Assembly (NCBI RefSeq): GCF_963921235.1
Contig: NC_086097.1
Location: forward strand, 206,276,001 to 206,340,000
Source: Mobula hypostoma
Lineage: Eukaryota
Length of the DNA: 64,000 nt
Reading direction: 5' to 3'
Each line of letters starts with the position of its first letter. Position 1 is the stretch's first letter. Shown in pieces: positions 37,756-48,749 of the stretch. Below the pieces are notes generated by a model. The model did no database searches. It saw only the letters and a list, made by a program, of their open reading frames with translations, and was not told the DNA's origin. A program made the position numbers and the translations under genes.

Positions 37756-38739
37756 CTACAATAGATTGAAAACCAAAATCTCAGCTGCTGACAATCAAAA
37801 ATCTGCAGAGATAGAAAACTAAAATAAAACCAATAGACAGGAATGCGGAATTCCAGTTAGACCAGTTATGAATTTGTTGGACCACAAGGGACTGAGTGGC
37901 CTGTTCCTGCTCCTAATTCATGTGTTTATATTTCTGTCTGAAAGGGAAGTCTTTACAGAGCTATGGGGAGAAGTTGGAGGTTGGGGCGAAGGAGCAAGCA
38001 TGTATAGTCTCTAATGGCTGAATGGCTCCTTTCACCTAAATCGATCTGCACTTTTGTGATTCTGGGCAGGGTTTGAATAGGGACATAAGAAAATTTTTTT
38101 TAATGCTCACATTATCTTCATGTTAAAAACCAGTGAAAGGTTGTAGAATGATGGCTGGCTTGCTTATGGGATTCCACAATAGTTGTAAGCAAAACTCATT
38201 TCAATTGTCACTAGGCAACTTGTGGAATAAGAGAAACATTCCCGTGTTTGTTTGTGGATTAAACAAAAACATATTTATTAGATCATTCTTTCACCTCAAG
38301 GAGGGAAAGAGAGGCTTTCACCTTATAACTTCTCTCCAATTGTACACAGAACTAAAAATAATTTTCTCCAAGAGAAAGACATTTGGATATCATTGCTTCA
38401 GTAACCCAGGATGAAATGATGCATGATTATTTGCTCTTGACATCCCAACATGTTGACTATTTATTTCTCTCCATATTTGTTGCCTAACTTGCTGAGTTAC
38501 TCCAGCAGTGTGTTTTATTTTTGTTCCAGATTCCAGGATCTAAATTTCTTTGTATCTCCATTATGTTTGTGGACCACTGACCTTGTGGCCTCATGCCTAA
38601 ATTATCCTTTTGTTCAGTTAAGATGTTGGTTACCATTGTACAGCACACACAAAATGTCTGACTTGCTAAGTTCCTCCAGAATTTTGTGTGTTTTGCTCAA
38701 GATTTCCAGCATCTGTTGGGGGGTGCACGGTCTCAATAC

Positions 38740-39513
38740 ATTGAATACAGTTAGATTCCATCCTTCCTTGTCATCATCACTAGAACTCTAAAGGTTTCAT
38801 TGAGAAGACAGCATACCATCATCCTCCAAGTCCATTTTCACTTCCTGAAGTCTCTATACTTGAGTGTCAGCAGCTGCAGTGGGGTTGCAGCTCTGGTCCT
38901 GCTTGTGGACTTCTTCAATGTAATATGTTCTCACATCTACTGGCCCCTGCTGGAAAGTCATAATGATTATTGAGATCATCATCAGTAGAAGTGAAGTATT
39001 TGTCTGCTTCTCACGAATCTACAAAAGAATATGAGAGACGAAGGGACTCCTTGGTAGATATCTGTGAACTTGTTGGTGACCAGTTCTTTAATGCTTTATT
39101 TCTATCAAGGTCTTATATTTCCACTCCTCTCCAATCGCCACTGGCTGTCCCATTTCTTGTCCTAACATAACGAGGTTGACTTCAGTCCTATTAGAATCAT
39201 CAGGATTACTTTTGCCCACAACTTGCCTGTTTCTTGCATTGCCTTTAAAATCTAGTTCTTCCTTTCCAACATTCCTGAATTCAGAGGTGGTAGGGTATGT
39301 GGAATTTCTGTCTAACTTTACTGATTTAAACAAAGTCTTACTCTTGGACCAAGCCTGTCTGGCTCAGGACTCCCCTTTGGAGTGACACTTTCACAGCTTA
39401 TACGTTAATTCTCATATCACTGATATAAATCCCCTTTGTACTTCAGCACAGAGTGGAATCAGATTAAAGTTTTCTGGTTCACGTGCAGACTTCTTTAGTT
39501 TTTTAATTAAGTA
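38740..39513 (-). pseudogene. Possible decayed large coding exon
   Basis: Acceptor TATTGTTTATAG|YLIKKLKKSAREPENFNL; protein-like segments across shifting frames (SCESVTPKGSPEPD; 81-codon ORF 39088-39333; DKYFTSTDDDLNNHY; DLEDDGMLSS..SSSDDDKEG) with scattered stops. Confidence 0.35.
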
Positions 39514-39554
39514 CTATAAACAATATGTTGCAGAAATTGACATTAATACAGTAT

Positions 39555-40700
39555 ATGCCTTTTATGCTCACTTTGAAAGGAAGAATAAAACTACAGCTAT
39601 GAAGAACCCTGCAGCATCCAATGATCCTGTGATCTCAGTCTCAGAGACCGACTTCAGAGCATCTTTTGAATGGATGAACCCTCCTTGCAAGGCAATTGGC
39701 CTCAATGGTGTACCTGGTAGGCCTCTGAAAACCTGTGCCAAACAACTGGCGGGTGTGTTCAAAGACATTTTCAATCTCTTATTGCTACAGTCAGAAGCTC
39801 CTACCTGCTTCAAGAGGACAACAATCATACCAGTGCCAAGAAGAGCAGGGTGAGCTGCCTTAATGAATATTGTCCGCATCCACAGTGATGAAGTGCTTTG
39901 AGATGTTGGCTATAGTTAGAATTAACTCCTGTCTCAGCAAGGATCTGGACCCACTGCAATTTGCCTATCGTCACAATAGGTCTACAGCGGACATGATCTC
40001 ATTGGCTCTTCACACGGCCTTGGATCACCTGGACAATACCAATATGTCAAGCTGCTGTTTATTGACAACGTTTAACACAATCATTCCTACAGGTCTGATC
40101 GAAAAGCTACAAAGCTTGGGCCTCTGAAACTCCCTCTGTAACTGGATCCTTGACTTCCTCACTGGAAGACCACATTCTGTGTAGATCAGAAATAACATCT
40201 CCACCCCTCTGATAATCTACAAGGTGCACCTCAAGGATGTGTTCTCTCCTCTATCCTCTCCCATGACTGTGTCACTAGGCACAGCTCAAATACCAGCTTA
40301 TATGTTTGTTGATGACACAACTATTGTTGGCAGAAGTTCAGATGATGAGTAGAAGATGTACAGGAGTGAGATAGATCAGCTGGTTGAGTGGTATCATAGC
40401 AACAACCTTGCTCTCAATGTCAGTAAAGACAAAGAACTGACTCAGAAAGGGTAAGACAGGGAACACAACCAGTCCTCATCCATGGAACAGAAATGGAAAG
40501 GGAGAGCAATTTCAAGTTCTTGAGTGTTAACATCTCTGACGATCTATCCAGAGTCCAACATATCAATGCAAAGAAGGCATGACAGTGGCTCTATTTCATT
40601 CGGAGTTAGAAGAGATATGATATGTCACCTAAGATGCTCATAAATTTCTACCGTGGAGAGCATTCTACTGTCTGCATCGCTGTCTAATATTGTGGGGGGG
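39555..40700 (+). mobile_element. Rex-Babar LINE, 5' part (continues at 48073)
   Basis: [47 protein letters not shown]. Confidence 0.9.
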
Positions 40701-40920
40701 GGAGGGGTAATGTAATTGGTGGAAACGTACATAATTTACAACCACTAACATTCAGTTAGGGTTCACTTTAAGAAGCTGATCTGATATGATGGTGTATTAT
40801 GTGAAGTTCGGCAACCAACTTTTTGTGCTCTGTGTTTGGATTACAATAAATGAGTTGTTAAGGTTTTTCTTAAACATAAGACATCACAGACCATTTTAGA
40901 CGTAGAAACATAGAACATAG

Positions 40921-41863
40921 TGTCCCGTACCCCGTGACGGGAATAAAGAACCAGCAGAAATAGAAAACACTTTAGAGTCCAGTATTGCTATTAACTAATA
41001 ATATTTATTAGTAACTACGCAATACAGTAATATAAAAGTAGATAAATCAAACAGGTTAGCAATGATTATATATAAGTAAGTATATCAATAAGTGTGGAAC
41101 TATATATGAAAGTCAATCTTCTTTAAGTCTGGGGTAAAAAGATACAGTCTTACGATGATGAGTAAAGTTCAGTTCATGGTATTCAGTTGAGTAGTGATGG
41201 AGAGAGAGAGAGAGAGAGGGAGAGATTTGAGTCTTCAGGTGAGCTGACGCCGTCGATCTCCTCATTGTCTTTCGAAATCCTTTAAAAGTCACCGACTGTG
41301 ACTTTAACAAAGGAGACTGGTTTTCTGTGGTAGAACTATCCCCCAGGCGAGAGTGGACACATGGACAACTCCCCACCAGTCAACCCCTTCCTTCTTCCAC
41401 CGCAAGAGCGACGGATCGATCCTCCAAAACCCACTTTTCCTGCGGGCACAACAATGCTCATTCAGTGTCCAAAACATGTGTCTGAGGTCTATCATTTGAC
41501 CTCCTACTTTATCTTCCCATGCTGAGTATCAACTGTCACTCAAATAACTCCTCCTTCCTCTCTCTGTGTAAGAAATGCACAAGCAGGCGACAGTCCTTGA
41601 GAAGTAGCTACAACCCGCCGAAAATCATAACATCAATTGTCCATTAAATAACGCCCTCAGTCACCATAGCAACTTATGAGCTGCTCGGTGCTGTCTCCAA
41701 CTCAGCAGAAATCCAAAAGTTACTTCCAGTGCCTTAAAGTGACAGTCCAACAGTTAGTCTTCATCTCTCTCTCTCTTTTACAAACAAGTTATCGATGTTA
41801 AATAACTCTCTCTCTCTCTTTTCAAAAGCACAGTTTGTAGGGGTAATTCAGGACCCCGTCACA
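40921..41863 (-). mobile_element. Solo LTR (943 bp)
   Basis: TG...CA termini (TGTCCCG / CGTCACA); flanks ATAG / ATGG (4-bp TSD, one mismatch); no internal domain; orientation inferred from minus-strand AATAAA near 41003. Confidence 0.75.
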
Positions 41864-42348
41864 ATGGAAACATAGAAAACCTACAGCACAATACAGGCAC
41901 TTCGGCCCACAAAGTTGTGCCGGTCATGTCCCTACCTTAGAAATTACTAGGCTTACCTATAGCCCTCTATTTTTCTAAGCTCCATTACCTGTCCAAAAGT
42001 CTCTTAAAAGACCCTATCGTATCCGCCTCCACCACCGTTGCCGGCAGCCCATTCCACACACTCACCACTCTCTGAGTAAAACACTTACCCCTGGCATCTC
42101 CTCTGTACCTACTCCCCAGCACCTTAAACCCGTGTCCTCTTGTGGCAACCACTTCAGCCCTGGGAAAAAGCCTCTGACTATCCACACGTTCAATGCCTCT
42201 CATCATCTTATGCACCTCTATCAGGTCACCTCTCATCCTCCGTTGCTCCAAGGAGAAAAGGCTGAGTTCACTCAACCTATTCTCTTAAGGCATGCTCCCC
42301 AATCCAGACAACATCCTTGTAAATCTCCTCTGCACGCTTTCTATGGCT

Positions 42349-43990
42349 AAGGAAACTGGCATGAAGTCTATGGAATTAAGGGAAACTAGTAATGAGATCA
42401 TGGAAACTGTACAGATCGAAAAGGAGGAGGTCCTTGCTGTCTTGAGGAAAATTAAAGTGGATAAATCCCCAGGATCTGTCAGGGTGTTCCCTCGGACCTT
42501 GAAGGAGACTAGTGTTGAAATTGCGGGGGCCCTGGCAGAAATATTTAAAATGTCGCTGTCTACAGGTGAGGTGCCGGAGGATTGGATTGAAAAGTAATCC
42601 GGAAAATTATAGGCCAGTAAATTTAACATCAGTAGTAGGTAAGTTATTGGAGGGAGTACTAAGAGACAGAATCTACAAGCATTTGGATAGACAGGGACTT
42701 ATTAGGGAGAGTCAACATGGTGTTGTTGTGCGTGGTAGGTCATGTTTGACCAATCTATTGCATTTTTTCAAGGAGGTTACCAGAAAAGTGGATGAAGGGA
42801 AGGCAGTAGATATTGTATACATGGACTTTAGTAAGGCCTTTGACAAGGTCCCGCATGGGAGGTTAGTTAGGAAAATTCAGTCACCAGGTATACATGGAGA
42901 GGTGGTAAATTGGATTAGACATAGGCTCAATGGAAGAAGCCAAAGAGTGGTAGTAAAAAATTGCTTCTCCGAGTGGAGGCCTGTGACTAGTGGTGTGCCA
43001 CAGGGATCAGTGCTGGGTCCATTGTTATTTGTCATCTATATCAATGATCTGGATGATAATGTGGTAAATTGAATCAGCAAATTTGCTGATGATACAAAGA
43101 TTGGAGGTGTAGTAGACAGTGAGGAAGGTTTTCAGATCCTGCAGAGGGACTTGGACCAGCTGGAAAAATGGGCTGAAAAATGGCAGATGGAGTTTAATAC
43201 AGACAAGTGTGAGGTATTGCACGTTGGAAGGACAAACCAAGGTAGAACATACAGGGTTAATGGTAAGGCACTGAGGAGTGCAGTGGAACAGAGGGATCTG
43301 GGAATACAGATACAAAATTCCCTAAAAATGGCGTCACAGGTAGATAGGGTTGTAAAGAGAGCTTTTGGTACATTGGCCTTTATTAATCAAAGTATTGAGT
43401 ATAAGAGCTGGAATGTTATGATGAGGTTGTATAAGGCATTGGTGAGGCCGAATCTGGAGTATTGTGTTCAGTTTTGGTCACCAAATTACAGGAAGGATAT
43501 AAATAAGGTTGAAAGAGTGCAGAGAAGGTTTACAAGGATGTTGCCAGGACTTGAGAAACTCAGTTACAGAGAAAGGTTGAATAGGTTATGACTTTATTCC
43601 CTGGAGCGTAGAAGAATGAGGGGAGATTTGATAGAGGTATACAAAATTATGATGGGTATAGATAGACTGAATGCAAGCAGGCTTTTTCCACTGAGGCAAG
43701 GGGAGAAAAAAACCAGAGGACATGGGTTAAGGGTGAGGAGGGAAAAGTTCAAAGGGAACATGGGGGGGGGCTTCTTCACACAGAGAGTGGTGGGAGTATG
43801 GAATGAGCTGCCAGATGAGGTGGTAAATGCAGGTTCTTTTATAACATTTAAGAATAAATTGGATAGATACATGGATGGGAGGTGTATGGAGGGATATGGT
43901 CCGTGTGCAGGTCAGTGGGACTAGGCAGAAAATGGTTCGGCACAGCCAAGAAGGGCCAAAAGGTCTGTTTCTGTGCTGTAGTTTCTATGG
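42349..43990 (+). mobile_element. Relatively young CR1, 5'-truncated, nested in the opposite-strand CR1
   Basis: Long ORF2 pieces ([41 protein letters not shown]); TSD TTTCTATGGCT at 42338-42348 and 43991-44001. Confidence 0.95.
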
Positions 43991-44117
43991 TTTCTATGGC
44001 TTCCACATCCTTCCTGTGGTGAGGCGACCAGAACTGAGCACGGTACTCCAAGTGGGGTCTGAACAGGGTCCTATATAGCTGCAACATTACCTCTATTTTA
44101 TTTGAGAAAACCTGCGT

Positions 44118-44129
44118 TGGTGACCCCGA
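44118..44129 (+). promoter_or_regulatory. Primer binding site complementary to the tRNA-Trp 3' end
   Basis: TGGTGACCCCGA 1 bp after the LTR end; complementary to the ...UCGGGGUCACCA terminus of vertebrate tRNA-Trp. Confidence 0.8.
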
Positions 44130-44159
44130 TGCTCTAGGACAATCCCAGAGTTATTGAAC

Positions 44160-47100
44160 ATGTCGGCCAATGCAGTCACTTTGAAACTGCCGGAGGTTTG
44201 GGAGCAAAATACCATTGCTTGGTTTGTACAGGATGAGGCCAAATTTGTGCAGTGAGAACACCACCAATAACATCAATTTTTCTATGTCGTAGCATCGTTC
44301 AGCAATTCGACGACTGGAAGACTGGTGATTCTATCAGAATGTTCGCCTGAACACGTTAAAGGCCGAGCACTGAAAACTCACCTTTTATAGACTTCTGGAC
44401 TATTAGAGTCTGACTGTACCGCTGAACAGTTGCTCTCCTTGCCCGGCCATGGCGATGCGAAGCCATCGGAGCTAATGGACCACATGTTGTCTCTCCTGGG
44501 AAATCACTATCCTTATTTTATTTTTACAGAATTCTTCAGAGTAAATGCCCAATCAAGTTCGCATAGCCCTTGCTAATGCTCCCATGAAGGATCATAGGGA
44601 GCTTGCTAATATGGCTGATAGTCTACACTCAGCCAGGCAGCTGTGTACCATTCCTCCTCCATTCAATAAACCCAGTTAGCAAGGCCCCCAACATAAGGAT
44701 GCCCACAGCTGTGAAACAGATGATGCCAGACCCGTGTTTTTACCACACGCACTTTGGTACAAATACTAGGAAGTGCCGACCACCTTACAGTTTCGACAGT
44801 GCCAGCACATCGGGACATCAGTTGTCTATAAACATTGTGGGTTCCAGCTGCCATGGTCGTCTACTGTTCATTATGGACACCCTTTCAGGGCGACGTTTCC
44901 TGTGTGACACAGGTGTTGCCGGCATTGTCTACTGATGAGATGGCAAAGAGTGACAAAACCTTGCTGGAGGCTGCCAACAAGAGCAGATCCAGAGTTATGG
45001 GACACAACAGGTGACGCTTTGCTTCAGTGGGCAATGTTACACTTGGGACTTCGTGCTGACCAAAGTGGCTAGACCTCAGCTCGCTGTAGATTTCCTGTGT
45101 GCCCAAGGACTGTTAGCCGATCTTAAGAACTGCCGACCCTTGAGTACCCTGCTCTCCCCAGTATGTTTCCCAAAACAACTCTGTCAAGTGCATGCACCAT
45201 TGCATGTGAGTTTACTCAACTGCTGGGTGATTGCCCAAACCTCACCGAGCCCACAGTTGCCACTACAGTCACAAAACATGGGATCAAGCACCACATTCCC
45301 ACAACTGGTCCGCCAGTCCATACCCCTGCGTGTAGACTGGACCCAGAAAATCAGGCAATTGTGAAGGCTGAGTTTGCCAACGTGGAAAGATTTGGCATTG
45401 TACACTGGTCGAATAACCCCTGGGCTTTGCCTCTCCATATGGTCCTTGAGTCTGATGGTGGTTACTGCTCTTGTGACAATTACCGACACCTTAACGAGGT
45501 CACCACACCGACCATCACCCGGTGCCACGCATCCAAGACTTTTCGGCATTTAGCCAGAAAATTAATTTTTTTCCGAAGTCAACTTAGTTAGGGGCTACTA
45601 TCAGGTGCCTGTGTGCTCAGAGAACATCCCCAAATAGCTGTGATAAGCCCATTTGACCTCTTTGAGTTTCTGTGCATGCCGTTACGGCTGAAAAATGCAG
45701 ATTAGACATTCCAATGACTGATGGACTCTGAATTAAAATACTTAGACTTTCTTTTTCTTTACCTGGATGACATACTTGTTGCCAGCGCATCCAAATCCAA
45801 ACACCTATCTCATCTCTGCTCACTTTTTGAGCACTTAAGCCAACATGGGTTGATTATTAACCCTGCTAAATGCCACCATTGACTTTCTCAGCCATCACAT
45901 CTCTGCAGAAGGTGTGAAACCCCTTCCATCAAAAGTAGCCACTATTATGGATTTTCCACTGTCCCACACTGCTTAACAATTACAGGAGTTTTTAGATATG
46001 GTGAATTTCTATCACCGCTTCAGTCCGTGAACTGCTGAACTTTTGCTCCCCCTGTATAGTGCACATAAAGGCAGTACTCCCAGTTAAGTGCTTGACTGGT
46101 CAGTGAACGTGACCAGGGCATTGATAATACCACACAAGCTCTTTCCAAACCAACCCTTCTGGCGCACCCGCTCCCCAGCGCACCCATAGCCATTACTACT
46201 GGTGCTTCAGACTATGCTGTTGGTGCTGTACATGAACAGATGGTCGGAAAGGTATGGCCGCCGCCCACCTTCTGCAGCCAGCAAGTTTGGACCCCAGAAA
46301 GGAAGTATAGCAAGTTTGACCGTGAACTTCTTGGTCTCTCTCTGGATGTCCACTATTTTCATTTTCTTCCAGAGGGTCGCCATTTCACAGCATTTGTTGA
46401 CCACAATGCACACAATGGCCAAAATTTTGGGCTCTTGGTCTGCACAGCAGCAATGTTACCTAGCCCACATATCTGAGGTCACAACTGATATACAACATAT
46501 CAAGAGGAACAGTAATGTCATGGGTGATTGCTTGTCCTTGCCAGCCATTGAGGCAATACACATAGGGGTTGACTATGCTGGCATGGCAGCTGACCAAGTT
46601 ACTGACCCAGGGGTCAAGGCTAACCGAACAACTGACGTGGGCCTGTGGTTGGCTGACATCAAGTTCGGGGAAGCTGGGATTTCTCTCCTATGCGATGTTT
46701 CAACTGGTCGTCCTTGCCCCTTAGTGCCCGCAAACTGGAGGCAGACTGTTTCTGACTCTACACGTGGCCTCTTGCACCCAGGCCAGAAGACCTCACAAAA
46801 CTGGTTGCACTAAAGTTTGTGTGGCATGGCCTGAGAAATGATGTGTACTTTTGGACTGCAGCCTGCGTGGAGTGCCAACGGGCAAAAATTAACCGTCATA
46901 TCCAGGTGCCATTGGCACCTTTTGAGGTCACTGAGTGATGATTTGACCATGTCAAGGTGGACCTTGACAGTCCCCTCTCCCCCTTCCCTTGGTTTCACAC
47001 ACCTCCTTACCGTTGTGGACTGTACCACCAAGTTGCCAGAGATTATCACCCTAGCATTGAATACGGCTGCAGACATGGCTCGAGTGTTCATCAGCACCTG

Positions 47101-47850
47101 GTTTGCTCAGTTTGGCACCCCATCTAATATTTCCTCAGACCACTGTCCCCAATTCATATCAGACCTCTGGGCTGTGATGGCCCAGAACCTCAGTGTTAGG
47201 CTACATCACACTGTGGTGTATCACCTGCAATCCAATGGCCTATGTGAGTGGTTTTGCCACTCTTTAAAGGCTGCTCTGAGGGCTTCCCTGATGGACGAGT
47301 GTTGGCATGATCATCTCCCGTGGGTCCTGCTGGGGCTCAGAACAGCTCCAAAAGAGGACCTACAGTCGTCCGAGGCTGAGTTGGTATATGGGCAGCCGTT
47401 CCAACTTCCAGGTGATTTCATTCCTGATCGACCTTTCAAAAGTGTTCCAACCTCCTCAGTAAATTAAGTTCCTTTGCACCATTCCTACCTCCCATCATAG
47501 AGAACAGCACTCTCGGGTTCCTGTTGATCTACATTCCACCTTGTTTGTTTTTGTCTGCCATGATGCACAACATACCCTTCGTCCCCCTTACAATGGCCCA
47601 TTCTGCATTTTAGAACAGAAAGAAAGACTTTTGTCATAGATTATGTACTTTGGTAGATCACCTTAAACTGGCCCATCAAGATTTGGAGGAATCCACTACC
47701 ATGTCCTTGCCATCACCACATGCCCATGAACATGTCAGTATACGTCTAGATGAGCCAGATGCACCTGCTGTTCCTCCACCCATAAGACCCAAGCTGACTG
47801 GCTTATCCGAGTCCTGACAGGCTCGCAATGCCGGTTTTAATGAATCCTTG
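44160..47850 (+). pseudogene. Gypsy gag-pol, disrupted
   Basis: gag MSANAVTLKLPEVW..WFVQ; protease LCDTG (~44900); RT WALPLHMV, YLDDILVAS (45760); RNase H ASDYAVGAV, DRELL; integrase LTVVDC.TK.PE, ISSD, YHLQSNGLCE. Confidence 0.9.
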
Positions 47851-47859
47851 GGAGGCCTG

Positions 47860-48072
47860 TGTAGGGTCACGTAATTGGTAAAAAAGTACATAATTCATAA
47901 CCACCAACATTGAGATGCGATTCACTTTAAGAGGATGGTCTGACGTGTGATGTATTACGTAAAGTTCGGTTACCACGCTTTTTGTGTTCAGTGTTAGGAG
48001 TACAATAAATGAGTTGTTACATTTTATCTTAAACACAAAACACCTCTGCCATTTTATTTGCGAAAACCTACA
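47860..48072 (+). repeat. Gypsy 3' LTR
   Basis: TGTAGGG...AATAAATGAGTTGTTA...CCTACA; aligns with 40700-40898 plus 44095-44116. Confidence 0.85.
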
Positions 48073-48667
48073 CTGGGCACTGCACAGGCTTGAAATAAGC
48101 TGCAGAAAGTTGTAAACTCAGTCAGCTCCATCATGGGCACATGGCTCTCCAGCATCCAGGACATCTTCAAGGAGCGATGCCTCAAAAAGGTGACATCAGT
48201 CATTAAGGACCCCCCCCCACCCCGCCCGATCACCCTGGACATGCCCTCTTCTCATTGCTAACATCCGGAAGGAGGTACAGATGCCAGAAGGCACCCTTTC
48301 AATGATACGGGAATAGCTTCTTCCCTTCTGCCATCAGATTCCTGAATGGACGTTGAACCCATGAACACTACCCCTCTTACTTTTTTTCTCTCTTTTTGCT
48401 CTCCTTATTTAATTTAGTTTAAAAAATATATATACATACATATATTTCTTTCTGCAATTTATATCTTTATTGTTATGTATTGCAATGTACCGCTGCCACA
48501 TAACAACAAATTTCGCAACATATGCCACTGATATTTCCTGAGGAAGGCCTGAAAACGGCCTGAAACGTCGACTGTACCTCTTCCTAGAGATGCTGCCTGG
48601 CCTGCTGCGTTCACCAGCAACTTTGATGTGTGTTGTTCCACTGATATTAAACCTGATTCTGACTCTG
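48073..48667 (+). mobile_element. Rex-Babar LINE, 3' part (continuation of 39555-40700)
   Basis: KLQKVVN, IQDIFKERCLKK, PGHALFSLL; tail ATTAAACCTGATTCTGACTCTGA. Confidence 0.9.
48536..48637 (+). mobile_element. 102-bp hammerhead-led PLE insertion with 11-bp TSD
   Basis: TSD CCACTGATATT at 48525-48535 and 48638-48648; insert begins TCCTGAGGA...GAAACGTCGACT. Confidence 0.9.
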
Positions 48668-48749
48668 AAGAGACATAGAACATAGAACATAGAACATAGA
48701 ATAGTACAGCACAGTACAGGCCCTTCAGCCCGCAATGTTGTGCCGACCC

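Larger units (their letters stand above)
40899..44094 (-). mobile_element. CR1 3' fragment inserted in the Gypsy 5' LTR (pieces 40899-40920, 41864-42348, 44002-44094)
   Basis: (CATAGAA) tail; LFSLEQRRMRGDLIEV; LQLYRTLFRPHLEY; flanked by ATTTTA at 40893-40898 and 44095-44100. Confidence 0.9.
40700..48072 (+). mobile_element. Decayed Ty3/Gypsy LTR retrotransposon with nested insertions in its 5' LTR
   Basis: Two ~210-bp diverged direct LTRs (40700-40898 plus 44095-44116; 47860-48072, TG...CA); PBS; gag-PR-RT-RH-IN order. Confidence 0.9.
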
